Positions 1 through 8,343 are shown, counted from the first letter of the stretch. The stretch is DNA of 32,000 bases from Candidatus Kuenenia stuttgartensis (GCF_900232105.1 NZ_LT934425.1:2400001-2432000); one strand, 5' to 3'. Numbers and translations: made by a program. The notes: generated by a model not told the origin, from the letters alone.

Positions 1-1101
1 ATCTTGTGGGAAGTTTTGATAAAGTAATCTGCCCTCTCCTCGCAGTTGATCCATCAACTGGGTGCCGGGGAGGGGAGTAAGCAATGTGATCTGAACAATA
101 TCAATTCCCGATTGGACTAAAAAATCAGCTAATTTTTTATAATATAGAGAAGATTCATTATCATTGCCAATTATAAATGCCCCTAATACCCCTATTCCGT
201 ACTTGTGAAAACGATCAACTACTTTTTTATAATTTTCCACGCCAATCTTCAGATTAATCCCTTTTTTCATGTCCTTTAGCATTCCCTGGCTGATGGTCTC
301 AAAACCGATAAACACATACAAGCATCCGGATTGGGCTGCCAGTTCAATTACTCTCTCATCATCTGCTGCATTAATAGAGGTCTGCATCCACCACCTCTTA
401 TGTAATTTCCGCTGGATCATGCCCTTAAACAATTCCATAGCCCGGGCTTTACTCTCCGTGGTATAACCAATCAGATTATCGTCCACAAAGGTTATATATT
501 TTCCCTTTATCTCCTCAAGTTCATTCAGTATCTCCTGGGGCTTACGTTGGCGATATGCTTTACCAAGATGCTTAGATACCGAGCAGAAGTAACAATTAAA
601 CGGGCATCCGCGTGAAGTCTGCACAGAATGCCAGAAATAGTCAGGGTGCAGGAGATCATGACGGGGAGTGGTTTTAAACGTGGTTAAGTCCATTTGAACG
701 CCTACATATTTTGAGGACAGACGATTATTTTCAAAATCGTTAATCACCCTTTCCCATATACCTTCCGCCTCACCAATTAATACCGCATCAGCATACTGTA
801 GCGCCTCGTCCGGAAGCATCGAGACGTGTATTCCCCCCATAACCACCTTTGTTTTTCGTTCACGATACATACGTGCAATTTCGTAAGCACGGCTAATCGT
901 AGTAGTAAAGGCAGTGATAGCCACCAGGTCCGCTTCTTCAAACACAAACTTATCAAAATTTTCATCTACAATTTTAACATTCCAATTTGAGGGAGTCACT
1001 GCGGCTACATAGGCCAGACCTAATGGAGGAAAGGTGGAAAATTTACTCAGGAGATAACCACTTCTGCGACCTACTGGATTTATTAATAAAAGTTTTTTCA
1101 T
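1..1101 (-). CDS. B12-binding-domain radical SAM enzyme (N-terminus complete, C-terminus beyond window start)
   Basis: Absent from the ORF track because it stays open to the window edge. My reverse-strand translation from the ATG at 1101..1099 gives MKKLLLINPVGRRSGYLLSKFSTFPPLGLAYVAA... This has a cobalamin-binding-like N-domain followed by SRGCPFNCYFCSV (the CxxxCxxC radical-SAM cluster motif). The frame remains open to nt 1. Confidence 0.85.
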   Translation of the reverse strand, partial: MKKLLLINPVGRRSGYLLSKFSTFPPLGLAYVAAVTPSNWNVKIVDENFDKFVFEEADLVAITAFTTTISRAYEIARMYRERKTKVVMGGIHVSMLPDEALQYADAVLIGEAEGIWERVINDFENNRLSSKYVGVQMDLTTFKTTPRHDLLHPDYFWHSVQTSRGCPFNCYFCSVSKHLGKAYRQRKPQEILNELEEIKGKYITFVDDNLIGYTTESKARAMELFKGMIQRKLHKRWWMQTSINAADDERVIELAAQSGCLYVFIGFETISQGMLKDMKKGINLKIGVENYKKVVDRFHKYGIGVLGAFIIGNDNESSLYYKKLADFLVQSGIDIVQITLLTPLPGTQLMDQLRGEGRLLYQNFPQD

Positions 1102-1163
1102 GCGTTATTTGTACTCTAAATACCACTTAATTTGAATAATAATTTTATATAGACGCATTTAAC

Positions 1164-1199
1164 AGGTTATTGCAGAGTATTAATACTCTGCAATAACCT
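1164..1199. promoter_or_regulatory. 36-bp perfect palindrome in a divergent intergenic region (candidate operator)
   Basis: aggttattgcagagtatt|aatactctgcaataacct is an exact reverse-complement pair with no spacer. It lies between the minus-strand radical SAM start (1101) and the plus-strand FadL start (1331). No T-run follows it. Confidence 0.5.
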
Positions 1200-1330
1200 T
1201 TAACAAAAGGGCAGTTTTCGTGTTAATTTTTTTTTGATTGATAATGATATTTAGATTTGATTATATAGGCACGTTATCACACTTGAACCTTTGCATTTCA
1301 TTTCTTATCTCAAACAGGAGGATGTTTACT

Positions 1331-2620
1331 ATGAGTCGAAAAGGATTATTGAAAGGAATAGCTGTTCCTCTCTGTGTATTGTTTGTCATTTGTATCATTC
1401 CAAACGCGTATGGTTCCGGCTTCGCGATCTTTACCCAAGGGGCTACCGCACTCGGACAGGCAAATGCCGTAATTGCCAACTCTGATAGCCCGTCGGCTAT
1501 CTTTTTTAATCCTGCATTGATTAATAAACTCGACGGGACACAGATAGAAGCTGGGACGACCGTGCTTTTGCCTTCTAATGAATTTAGAAGTGATTTATCC
1601 GGAAAGACTTTTAAAACAGAAGAAGACGTGTTTTTCCCCTCCACGGTTTTTATCACCCATAAGTTCAATGATAAGGTTAGTGCCGGACTGGGCGTCTTTA
1701 ACTCTTTTGGATTGGGAATTGACTGGGGTGATGATTGGGAAGGAAGGTATATAGCTACCAATTCAGAATTACAAACCTTTAATATAAACCCCGTGGTTTC
1801 ATATCAGATAATGCCAAATATCGCATTCGCGGCAGGAGTTAACTACGTTCTGCTCGATACTACTTTAGAGAAACAGATAAATCTGTCTCCCTACGGGCTA
1901 TCCGACGCCGGACAACAATTTGACGGAGATGGTGATGGCATTGGATATAATCTTGGCTTTATCTACGACATTAACGAAGATATTTCCATCGGTACATCGT
2001 ACCGCAGCAAAATCGAGGTTGATATTGATGGCGACGCCGATTTTGACCTTCCCAACGGTACCCCTTCACTAATCAGCACACTATTTCAAAATACCGGAGG
2101 CAATGCAGACCTGACACTTCCGCAACAGGCTCATGTGGGAATTACCTATAGAGGCATAGACTGTCTTACGCTGGAAACTGGTTTGAGATGGGAAGGTTGG
2201 TCTTCCTTTGACGAATTAAAGATAAATCTTGATCAGCCGGTTGCCGGCAGTAAAACATCCGTTACCGAAAAAGATTGGAAAGATACCTATTCAGTAAATC
2301 TTGGCGCCAAATATCAGATAAATAAAACATTTGCATTGCTTGCAGGTTACCTGTACAGCGGAAACCCTGTACCCGACAAAACTTTTGACCCCATTGTCCC
2401 CGATGCCAATACACATCTTATTACCCTCGGAACCAATATTAAATTCAAACAATTCAGAATCGACATAGCATATGGTTATCAGCGGCTCGAAGGCAGGAGT
2501 AAAAACAATTCCATTGATGACAATCCCTCTGACTCCCTGGTAAATAGTGCCACCAGCGCGAGTGGAAAGTATGATAGTGATCTCCACTTGATTGGTATCA
2601 GCCTGGTGTATAATTTTTGA
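1331..2620 (+). CDS. FadL/OmpP1/TodX-family outer-membrane transporter for hydrophobic compounds
   Basis: Track ORF 1238..2620. A signal peptide (MSRKGLLKGIAVPLCVLFVICIIPNAYG) is followed by SGFAIFTQGATALGQANAVIANSDSPSAIFFNPA, the family's N-terminal hatch signature. The C-terminus is a beta-strand ending in aromatic F. I chose the ATG at 1331 because it lies 9 nt after caggagg; ATG 1322 is an alternative. Confidence 0.8.
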   Translation: MSRKGLLKGIAVPLCVLFVICIIPNAYGSGFAIFTQGATALGQANAVIANSDSPSAIFFNPALINKLDGTQIEAGTTVLLPSNEFRSDLSGKTFKTEEDVFFPSTVFITHKFNDKVSAGLGVFNSFGLGIDWGDDWEGRYIATNSELQTFNINPVVSYQIMPNIAFAAGVNYVLLDTTLEKQINLSPYGLSDAGQQFDGDGDGIGYNLGFIYDINEDISIGTSYRSKIEVDIDGDADFDLPNGTPSLISTLFQNTGGNADLTLPQQAHVGITYRGIDCLTLETGLRWEGWSSFDELKINLDQPVAGSKTSVTEKDWKDTYSVNLGAKYQINKTFALLAGYLYSGNPVPDKTFDPIVPDANTHLITLGTNIKFKQFRIDIAYGYQRLEGRSKNNSIDDNPSDSLVNSATSASGKYDSDLHLIGISLVYNF

Positions 2621-2662
2621 TTGTAGATTATGGAAGGCATTTATTTATATAGCACCCACATT

Positions 2663-2838
2663 CCTAATCCGGCATAGCCAGAAACTAAACAAACACGAAA
2701 ACAATCTGCAGTCCTCAATTCTCAATCTGCAATTTGACGACGACAGATTGCTGACTACAGAAGGGACAATTAAACATTTTGCCAAAAAGCACGCACTGAC
2801 GAATGGAAGTGTGCAAAGAAATTACCAATAAGGTACTA
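2663..2838. repeat. Mosaic intergenic repeat, copy A
   Basis: This is the reverse complement of 26872..27012 and of the ends of 10765..11073. Shared blocks are ggcatagccagaaac, cacgaaaaca, gtcctcaat..ctgcaatttg, and gggacaattaaa(c/t)attttgccaaaaagcacgcactgacgaatggaagtgtgcaaagaa. It starts about 40 nt after the FadL stop. Confidence 0.8.
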
Positions 2839-3134
2839 ATGCCATGCCCGGCAGAACCAGAAGATCAGAAGAATGCAGAGAACACTACCAACTACCCCAA
2901 AAACGAAAAATCCCCCGTTGTTGTCCTATTGCCGGAGAGAAAATGGGATACCCCCTGCCTGCAAATGCAAGAACCTCAAAACCATTCCAAAACAAAGAAG
3001 TACCGGAAAGAGTCGAAATGAAATGAAATCGTTTCACTATTTAAGCTGGTTTTTTATAATTTGTTGCAAAAAGACAAAAAATTAGTAGTATTTTGTAAGC
3101 TTCGTATTTAATCTTTTGAAAGAAACATAGTAAA

Positions 3135-5966
3135 ATGATTACTATACCCAAATCCATATCAAACTACTGCGAGCAAGCAATAATAGGTCTATTGCTTGCT
3201 GCAGTTGTCATTATTCCCCTGTTTTTTGATATACGCCTCTACAGCGTTTTTGACCTTAGCAAGGTCGCGGTTTTATATTTTTTTTCAATAGCTACGCTCG
3301 TAATCTGGACAATCTTACTAACGGTCAAACATGATTTTTCATTTTCGCATGTCTCGATAAACACGCCTATTCTTGCCTATATAGCAATCTTTATCATTGC
3401 AACAACGGTATCGATAAATCCGGTTATGAGCCTTTTCGGTACCTACAAGCGTTTTGAAGGGCTGGCGGCCACACTCTGCTATATATTTCTTTTTTACGTC
3501 ACAATACATTTCATCACTACGCGTACAAGGCTTTATATGCTTTTGATATCTATGGCCGTTTGCGCGTTAATTTCTTCAATTTATGGGATTTTTCAGCGAT
3601 GCGGTGTGGATTATTTTACATGGAGCAGCAGTGGCCCCCGGGTATTTTCAACATTTGGAAATCCTGTATTCTTTGCAGCGCAGCTTGTTATGGTACTGCC
3701 CGTGGTCGTTTCTTTATTTTTCATAGGCTTTAAAGAGAAAGAGGGCAAAGATGGTATTTTCATTAACAATCGATATGCCATCTGGAGTTTTTATGTAGTA
3801 TCGGTGATCATATACATCGCCTTTTGGCTTACCAATACCAGGGCATGTTTTGTAGCGCTTCTTGGCGGGATCGTACCGTTTCTCTTTTTCATTTTTATAA
3901 AACGATCTACCGAAAGGTATCCATTCTTAATACTTGTTGTTTCATTCTTTATTATAGGGATATTCTTTAATGTGAAGCCTGAAACGTCATTTATTAAACA
4001 TTTTGCTGCTGATGTGCAAAATGAAAAGGATTCGTCAGATTTTTTTATTGATAAAGAGGCGGAAGAAAAAAGTATATCCCGGAAGCCAAGGCCATGGATT
4101 GCCGGAAAATTTTCTGTTACAGGATCCTCCTTTTCCAGGATTTTTCAATATCTGGCGGCTGTTGAAATCATAAAGGACTATCCGGCCCTTGGCATTGGTC
4201 CAGATACCATAGGGATTGTTTTTCAAAAAAATCTGGCAAAGGTATTTTCTGTTTTAGAAGAGGATAATGGATTTCAGTTTCCCCGTCAGGATAGAATCCA
4301 TAATGATATCCTTGATACTGCCGTCACCCGGGGCATCCTGGGTTTGGGAACGTATGTGTGGCTGTTGACTGCCTTTGGGGTATATGTTGGCAGGAATTAC
4401 AGGAGATTAAACAATCGGGATAAGATCCTTATATTAGGGCTTTCATCCGGAATAGTTTGCTATCTCATTCAGAATCAATTTAGCTTTGGAAACACCCCCA
4501 TTGTGACGCTTTTCTGGGTGATGATGGGGCTTTGTATTTCGATAATAAAAATAAATACCGCCGAAGGAAATGGCGCGGGCGAAGAAGCGCAGTTAAAGCA
4601 AAAAAAAATCCTTCAAAAGAAAGAGAATGTCCCTTCCCCTGGCAAAATCTGTTTTAAGTGGATTTGTTGTGTATCGATACTTGCCATGTTGGGTTTTATC
4701 ACCTTATTTGTTTTGCGTATATACAAGGCGGATATGAATTTTGAATATGGCAGAAGGATATTGAATTATTCTGAGAGAGAAAATTCAGCACTGATGGTTG
4801 ATAAAGGACTGTTCTTTATCAACAGGGCAGTCCTTCTCAACCCTTATGAAACCACGTATCGTGACGAATTATGCAAAGTATATTTACAAAAAGCATCAAA
4901 TACAAATGATGAGAAATGGATACAAAAGGCATTTGTCCATGCGGGTAATTCTTTAAAGGTTATTCCGGAACATTTTGTAGGTTTTTTTCATTTTGGCATG
5001 ATTTATCAGATGTTAGCGGAAAAATTTAATCGGCCTACGATTGATCAGGCGATTGATTTTTATAGCAAAGCGATAGAAATGGACCCGTTTCAGGCGCAAT
5101 TTCACGGCAATCTTGGGTTTTTATATCTCAATAAGGGGAATACGGATCGCGCACTGGAGGAATTCTATCAGGCGTATTTGATTCGGCCAGCAACCGTCAC
5201 CTATTTAGAGCGATTGACCAATATTTATTTACAAAAAGGGGAGATGGAGAAGGCACTCTATTTTGCGGAAAAGGCGGTTGAAATAAATCCTGCAGAACCT
5301 GTGTATTATAATAACTTAGGTGCGATTTTTCTTAAAAAAGGCATGCCGGATAAAGCGATTGAAAGTTTCAAAAAGGCGCTGGAACTTAGTCAGAACGGAC
5401 AAGTTTACCTGGAGAATTTAACAAATGCCTGTTTGTCTGCGGGAAAATATGAAGAACTTTTGGATTGTTACAAAAAACTCATTGAACGGAATCCTTCCGT
5501 TGCAGACTACTATAATAATGTTGGCGTTATTTATAAAAAAAAACAACAATATGATGAGGCCGTCCGATATTCTCAGAAGGCCGTGTCATTGGCGCCTGAG
5601 AATCCCATTTATACACACAATTTAGCGGGGGAATATGTTGATTTACAGCAGCATGACCGGGCAGAAACCCTTTTACGCGAGTTTAATATGGCCTACCCGG
5701 AGCATGGTTATGTAAATATTTATTTGCTACTTGCAGATATTTACCTGAAAAATTTCGACTGGGAAAATGCAGTGCACGAGTGCCAGAGAGTAATACAAAT
5801 AGATAAAAAATCAATCGATGCACACAGGATACTTGGCGTTGTTTATTATAATAGGGAACAATATGATCTGGCGAAGGAGGCATTGGAAAACACGCTAACG
5901 CTTGCACCTGATGATAAGGTCGCCAGGGAATTACTCGAAAAGATTGAAGAAAAAACCAGGGAGTAA
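3135..5966 (+). CDS. Polytopic Wzy_C (O-antigen ligase-like) membrane protein with a C-terminal TPR array
   Basis: 943-aa ORF. The N-terminal roughly 470 aa contain many hydrophobic helices and the Wzy_C-like motif QDRIHNDILDTAVTRGILGLGTYVWLL. The C-terminal roughly 400 aa consist of repeated 34-aa TPR-like units (for example AQFHGNLGFLYLNKGNTDRALEEFYQAYLIRP and PVYYNNLGAIFLKKGMPDKAIESFKKALEL). Confidence 0.75.
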   Translation: MITIPKSISNYCEQAIIGLLLAAVVIIPLFFDIRLYSVFDLSKVAVLYFFSIATLVIWTILLTVKHDFSFSHVSINTPILAYIAIFIIATTVSINPVMSLFGTYKRFEGLAATLCYIFLFYVTIHFITTRTRLYMLLISMAVCALISSIYGIFQRCGVDYFTWSSSGPRVFSTFGNPVFFAAQLVMVLPVVVSLFFIGFKEKEGKDGIFINNRYAIWSFYVVSVIIYIAFWLTNTRACFVALLGGIVPFLFFIFIKRSTERYPFLILVVSFFIIGIFFNVKPETSFIKHFAADVQNEKDSSDFFIDKEAEEKSISRKPRPWIAGKFSVTGSSFSRIFQYLAAVEIIKDYPALGIGPDTIGIVFQKNLAKVFSVLEEDNGFQFPRQDRIHNDILDTAVTRGILGLGTYVWLLTAFGVYVGRNYRRLNNRDKILILGLSSGIVCYLIQNQFSFGNTPIVTLFWVMMGLCISIIKINTAEGNGAGEEAQLKQKKILQKKENVPSPGKICFKWICCVSILAMLGFITLFVLRIYKADMNFEYGRRILNYSERENSALMVDKGLFFINRAVLLNPYETTYRDELCKVYLQKASNTNDEKWIQKAFVHAGNSLKVIPEHFVGFFHFGMIYQMLAEKFNRPTIDQAIDFYSKAIEMDPFQAQFHGNLGFLYLNKGNTDRALEEFYQAYLIRPATVTYLERLTNIYLQKGEMEKALYFAEKAVEINPAEPVYYNNLGAIFLKKGMPDKAIESFKKALELSQNGQVYLENLTNACLSAGKYEELLDCYKKLIERNPSVADYYNNVGVIYKKKQQYDEAVRYSQKAVSLAPENPIYTHNLAGEYVDLQQHDRAETLLREFNMAYPEHGYVNIYLLLADIYLKNFDWENAVHECQRVIQIDKKSIDAHRILGVVYYNREQYDLAKEALENTLTLAPDDKVARELLEKIEEKTRE

Positions 5967-6010
5967 AAGATGTCGTTGGTGAGGTTTGTATGCGTTGTTA
6001 TTTTTCTCGT

Positions 6011-6139
6011 GTAACTATTCAGCGTAATTTATTAAATTACCCGGAGATCAGAGCGCAACTCGTTCCCAAACCTTGTACTGAACATAGTGAAGTATCTGTT
6101 TGGGAACGAGCCGTGTATCGTTTTACGCTGAATAGTTGC
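6011..6139. mobile_element. MITE-like element with terminal inverted repeats and a nested hairpin
   Basis: The TIR aactattcagcgtaa (6013-6027) pairs with ttacgctgaatagtt (6123-6137). An inner perfect 11-bp stem pairs cgttcccaaac (6061-6071) with gtttgggaacg (6098-6108). There is no coding capacity. Related copies lie at 18589-18678 and 28090-28130. Confidence 0.6.
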
Positions 6140-6182
6140 TTTCTCGTTGCTTTTTTGTACTATTTTTGCTATCTATAAATCC

Positions 6183-6842
6183 ATGTTTAAATCATATGAC
6201 CTTATAAAAAAACTGGAACCAAAAATTGGCGAAGATGAAGCCCGGGATCTTATCGAGTTCATTGAGGCTTACAGGGGAGACGGTGCAACCAAAGCAGACA
6301 TTGAGTTGCTAAAAATTGACGGTGAAAAAACGAGAAACGCGCTTGGTGTTAAAATTGATCGAACAAAAAGTGAACTTGAAGGCAAAATCGACCAAACAAA
6401 GAGTGAACTTGAAGGCAAAATCGATCGAACAAAAAGTGAACTTGAAGACAAAATCGATCGAACAAAAAGTGAACTTGAAGACAAAATCGATCGAACAAAA
6501 AGTGAACTTGAAGACAAAATCGACCAAACAAATAGTGAACTTGAAGGCAAAATCGACCAAACAAAAAGTGACTTTGAAGGCAAAATCGATCGAACAAAAA
6601 ATGAACTTGAAGGCAAAATCGACCGAACAAAAAGTGAACTTGGAGACAAAATCGACCGAACAAAAAGTGACCTTGAAGGCAAAATCGATCGAACAAAAAG
6701 TGAACTTGAAGGCAAAATTGAAAATTCCAAGCTTGAACTATCAGGCAAAATCTATATTGCTAAAATCGACCTGCTTAAGTGGCTTTTTGGTTTCTGGATT
6801 ACGCTCTTAGGCACAATTGTCTTCCTGTGGTTTTCTAAATAA
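6183..6842 (+). CDS. DUF1640-like tail-anchored coiled-coil protein with 12 tandem 11-residue repeats
   Basis: Track ORF 6147..6842 starts at a TTG inside the MITE-like element, so I prefer the ATG at 6183 (MFKSYDLIKKLEPKIGEDEARDLIEFIEAY..ATKADIELLK). The middle consists of (G/D)KID(R/Q)TKSELE units. The C-terminus LLKWLFGFWITLLGTIVFLWFSK is a single TM anchor. Confidence 0.7.
   Translation: MFKSYDLIKKLEPKIGEDEARDLIEFIEAYRGDGATKADIELLKIDGEKTRNALGVKIDRTKSELEGKIDQTKSELEGKIDRTKSELEDKIDRTKSELEDKIDRTKSELEDKIDQTNSELEGKIDQTKSDFEGKIDRTKNELEGKIDRTKSELGDKIDRTKSDLEGKIDRTKSELEGKIENSKLELSGKIYIAKIDLLKWLFGFWITLLGTIVFLWFSK
6351..6746 (+). repeat. Tandem repeat, 33 bp x 12, in-frame within the CDS
   Basis: The unit is aaaatcgatcgaacaaaaagtgaacttgaag(g/a)c, starting at 6351 and recurring every 33 nt. 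Units at 6417, 6450 and 6483 are identical. The last one or two units are degenerate. Confidence 0.95.
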
Positions 6843-6954
6843 TCATCCCTAAACGGACATTTTAAAAACATATTCATTTCCCTACCTGCCAGTCATTATT
6901 TTTTTCAAAACGAATTTATTTAAAAGAATCCATATCCCATAGCCATACACGGGC

Positions 6955-8343
6955 ATGGTGGAGAAAATGTGCATGGACGTTTTTTTTAATCCCTCATCGG
7001 TTGCCATTATCGGTGCTACGGAAAAAACCGGCAGTGTGCCTGGAATTATACTGAAAAATCTTCTAGATATGGGTTTTGCCGGAAGAATTTATCCCGTAAA
7101 CCCAAAATATAGGGAAGTTTTTGGCTTACAATGTTTTCCTGCACTGTCTGATATTTCTGAGGAAATTGCGCTTACCGTTATTGCAATACCGGCTTCGTTT
7201 GTATTGGAAATCGTGAAGCAGCAGGCGCAGAAGGGAGTCCATTATGCCGTAATAATCAGTGCGGGATTTCGCGAAATGGGCGCAGAGGGTATTCAAATGG
7301 AAGAGGATATCCGGAAAGTTGCGCTTGAAAATAATATTCGCATTATAGGCCCCAACTGCCTGGGGGTTTTAGATAATTATGCGAACTTTACCACATCTTT
7401 CTTGTCATGGGAAAGGATTACTAAACCAAAAAGAGGCGCCCTCTCAATTCTTTCGCAAAGCGGGGCATTTGCCATCACTGTATTGGATTTAGCGGCCCAG
7501 GAGGGAATAGGTATCGCTAAAATGGTGAATTACGGAAACCGGATGGATGTGGGAGAGTCCGATCTTTTGCCGTTTTTAAAGGAAGACCATCATACAAAAG
7601 TTGTAGCCATTTATATGGAATCGGTTGATCACGGAAGACGGTTTATTGAAGCCGCAAAAGCCTGTTCCAGGGAAAAACCTATTGTAGCGTTGAAAGTAGG
7701 AAAGGGCGCTGCAGGGGTAGCGGCTGCTAAATCGCATACCGGAGCAATTGCAGGAAACTATGAAATATATAAAGCGGCATTTCTGAAGGCAGGCATTATT
7801 GAGGCAAATGGCCTTGAAGAATTTATTGACGGGATAAAGGCCCTTTCCATGCAATCCCCTCCCATGGGTAACAAAATATTAATCGTAACAAATGGAGGGG
7901 GCTTTGGCGTTATTGTGGCGGATTATTGCGCCCAAAACGGTTTGGAAGTGACGCCTCCTTCGCCTGAATTAAAGGAGAAATTAAAGGAGAAATTCGCTAA
8001 GTTTTACGTTGTGAATAATCCGGTAGACTTAACGGGAAGCGCGTGCGATGATGATTATCGCGTTGTTTTGCAAACTTGTATGGTCGAAAGCGATGAATAT
8101 GACGCGGTTATTATTATACCGCTTATGTCGCCGAAAGGGATGTCTGAGAAAATTGTATCCGTTATTGATGAGACAATGAAGGCATCGGGGAAACCCGCTG
8201 TTGTGTGTACCGTTGGCGGAGTTTTCGCCACGAAGATAAAACGGTTATTGGAAGAACGGCATTATCCCGTATACCCCTCTCCGGAAAGAAGCGCAAAGGC
8301 CATGGGCATGTTGTTGGAGAGAAAGATGTTGCAGGCGCATTAA
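6955..8343 (+). CDS. ADP-forming acetyl/acyl-CoA synthetase alpha-type protein (CoA-binding plus succinyl-CoA-ligase-like domains)
   Basis: FFNPSSVAIIGATEKTGSVPGIILKNLLDMGFAGRIYPVNPKY is a CoA_binding-type N-terminus. IIGPNCLGV is present, and AAKSHTGAIAGN contains the phosphohistidine-loop His. Alternative starts are 6967 and 6973; the latter is 9 nt after ggtggag. No ATP-grasp beta domain lies in this ORF or nearby. Confidence 0.75.
   Translation: MVEKMCMDVFFNPSSVAIIGATEKTGSVPGIILKNLLDMGFAGRIYPVNPKYREVFGLQCFPALSDISEEIALTVIAIPASFVLEIVKQQAQKGVHYAVIISAGFREMGAEGIQMEEDIRKVALENNIRIIGPNCLGVLDNYANFTTSFLSWERITKPKRGALSILSQSGAFAITVLDLAAQEGIGIAKMVNYGNRMDVGESDLLPFLKEDHHTKVVAIYMESVDHGRRFIEAAKACSREKPIVALKVGKGAAGVAAAKSHTGAIAGNYEIYKAAFLKAGIIEANGLEEFIDGIKALSMQSPPMGNKILIVTNGGGFGVIVADYCAQNGLEVTPPSPELKEKLKEKFAKFYVVNNPVDLTGSACDDDYRVVLQTCMVESDEYDAVIIIPLMSPKGMSEKIVSVIDETMKASGKPAVVCTVGGVFATKIKRLLEERHYPVYPSPERSAKAMGMLLERKMLQAH

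Noticed and set aside
1238-1330. N-terminal extensions implied by track starts (1238 for FadL, 6147 for the repeat protein, 12751 for YggS, 21665 for S15, 24364 for Csp).
   Set aside because: The extensions precede clear signal peptides or conserved N-termini. They begin at non-ATG codons or fall inside repeats. Better-placed ATGs with Shine-Dalgarno-like sequences exist downstream.
2592-3085. Four overlapping + strand ORFs (79, 72, 60 and 70 aa).
   Set aside because: They overlap each other in three frames, cover a dispersed repeat copy and a T-poor tract, and have low-complexity K/E/P/T-rich products. They are compositional artefacts.
6351-6746. Possible CRISPR array, given the regular 33-bp periodicity.
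   Set aside because: The units are contiguous with no unique spacers, they lie in-frame inside a CDS, and no cas genes are nearby.
6269-6810. Four additional long ORFs across the tandem repeat (6269..6748 -, 6309..6560 -, 6349..6696 -, 6316..6810 +).
   Set aside because: They exist only because the 33-bp unit lacks stop codons in five frames. Their products are low-complexity echoes (SSSLFVRSIL.., FCLQVHFLF..). Only the 6183..6842 frame has a non-repetitive N-terminal domain and a C-terminal TM anchor.
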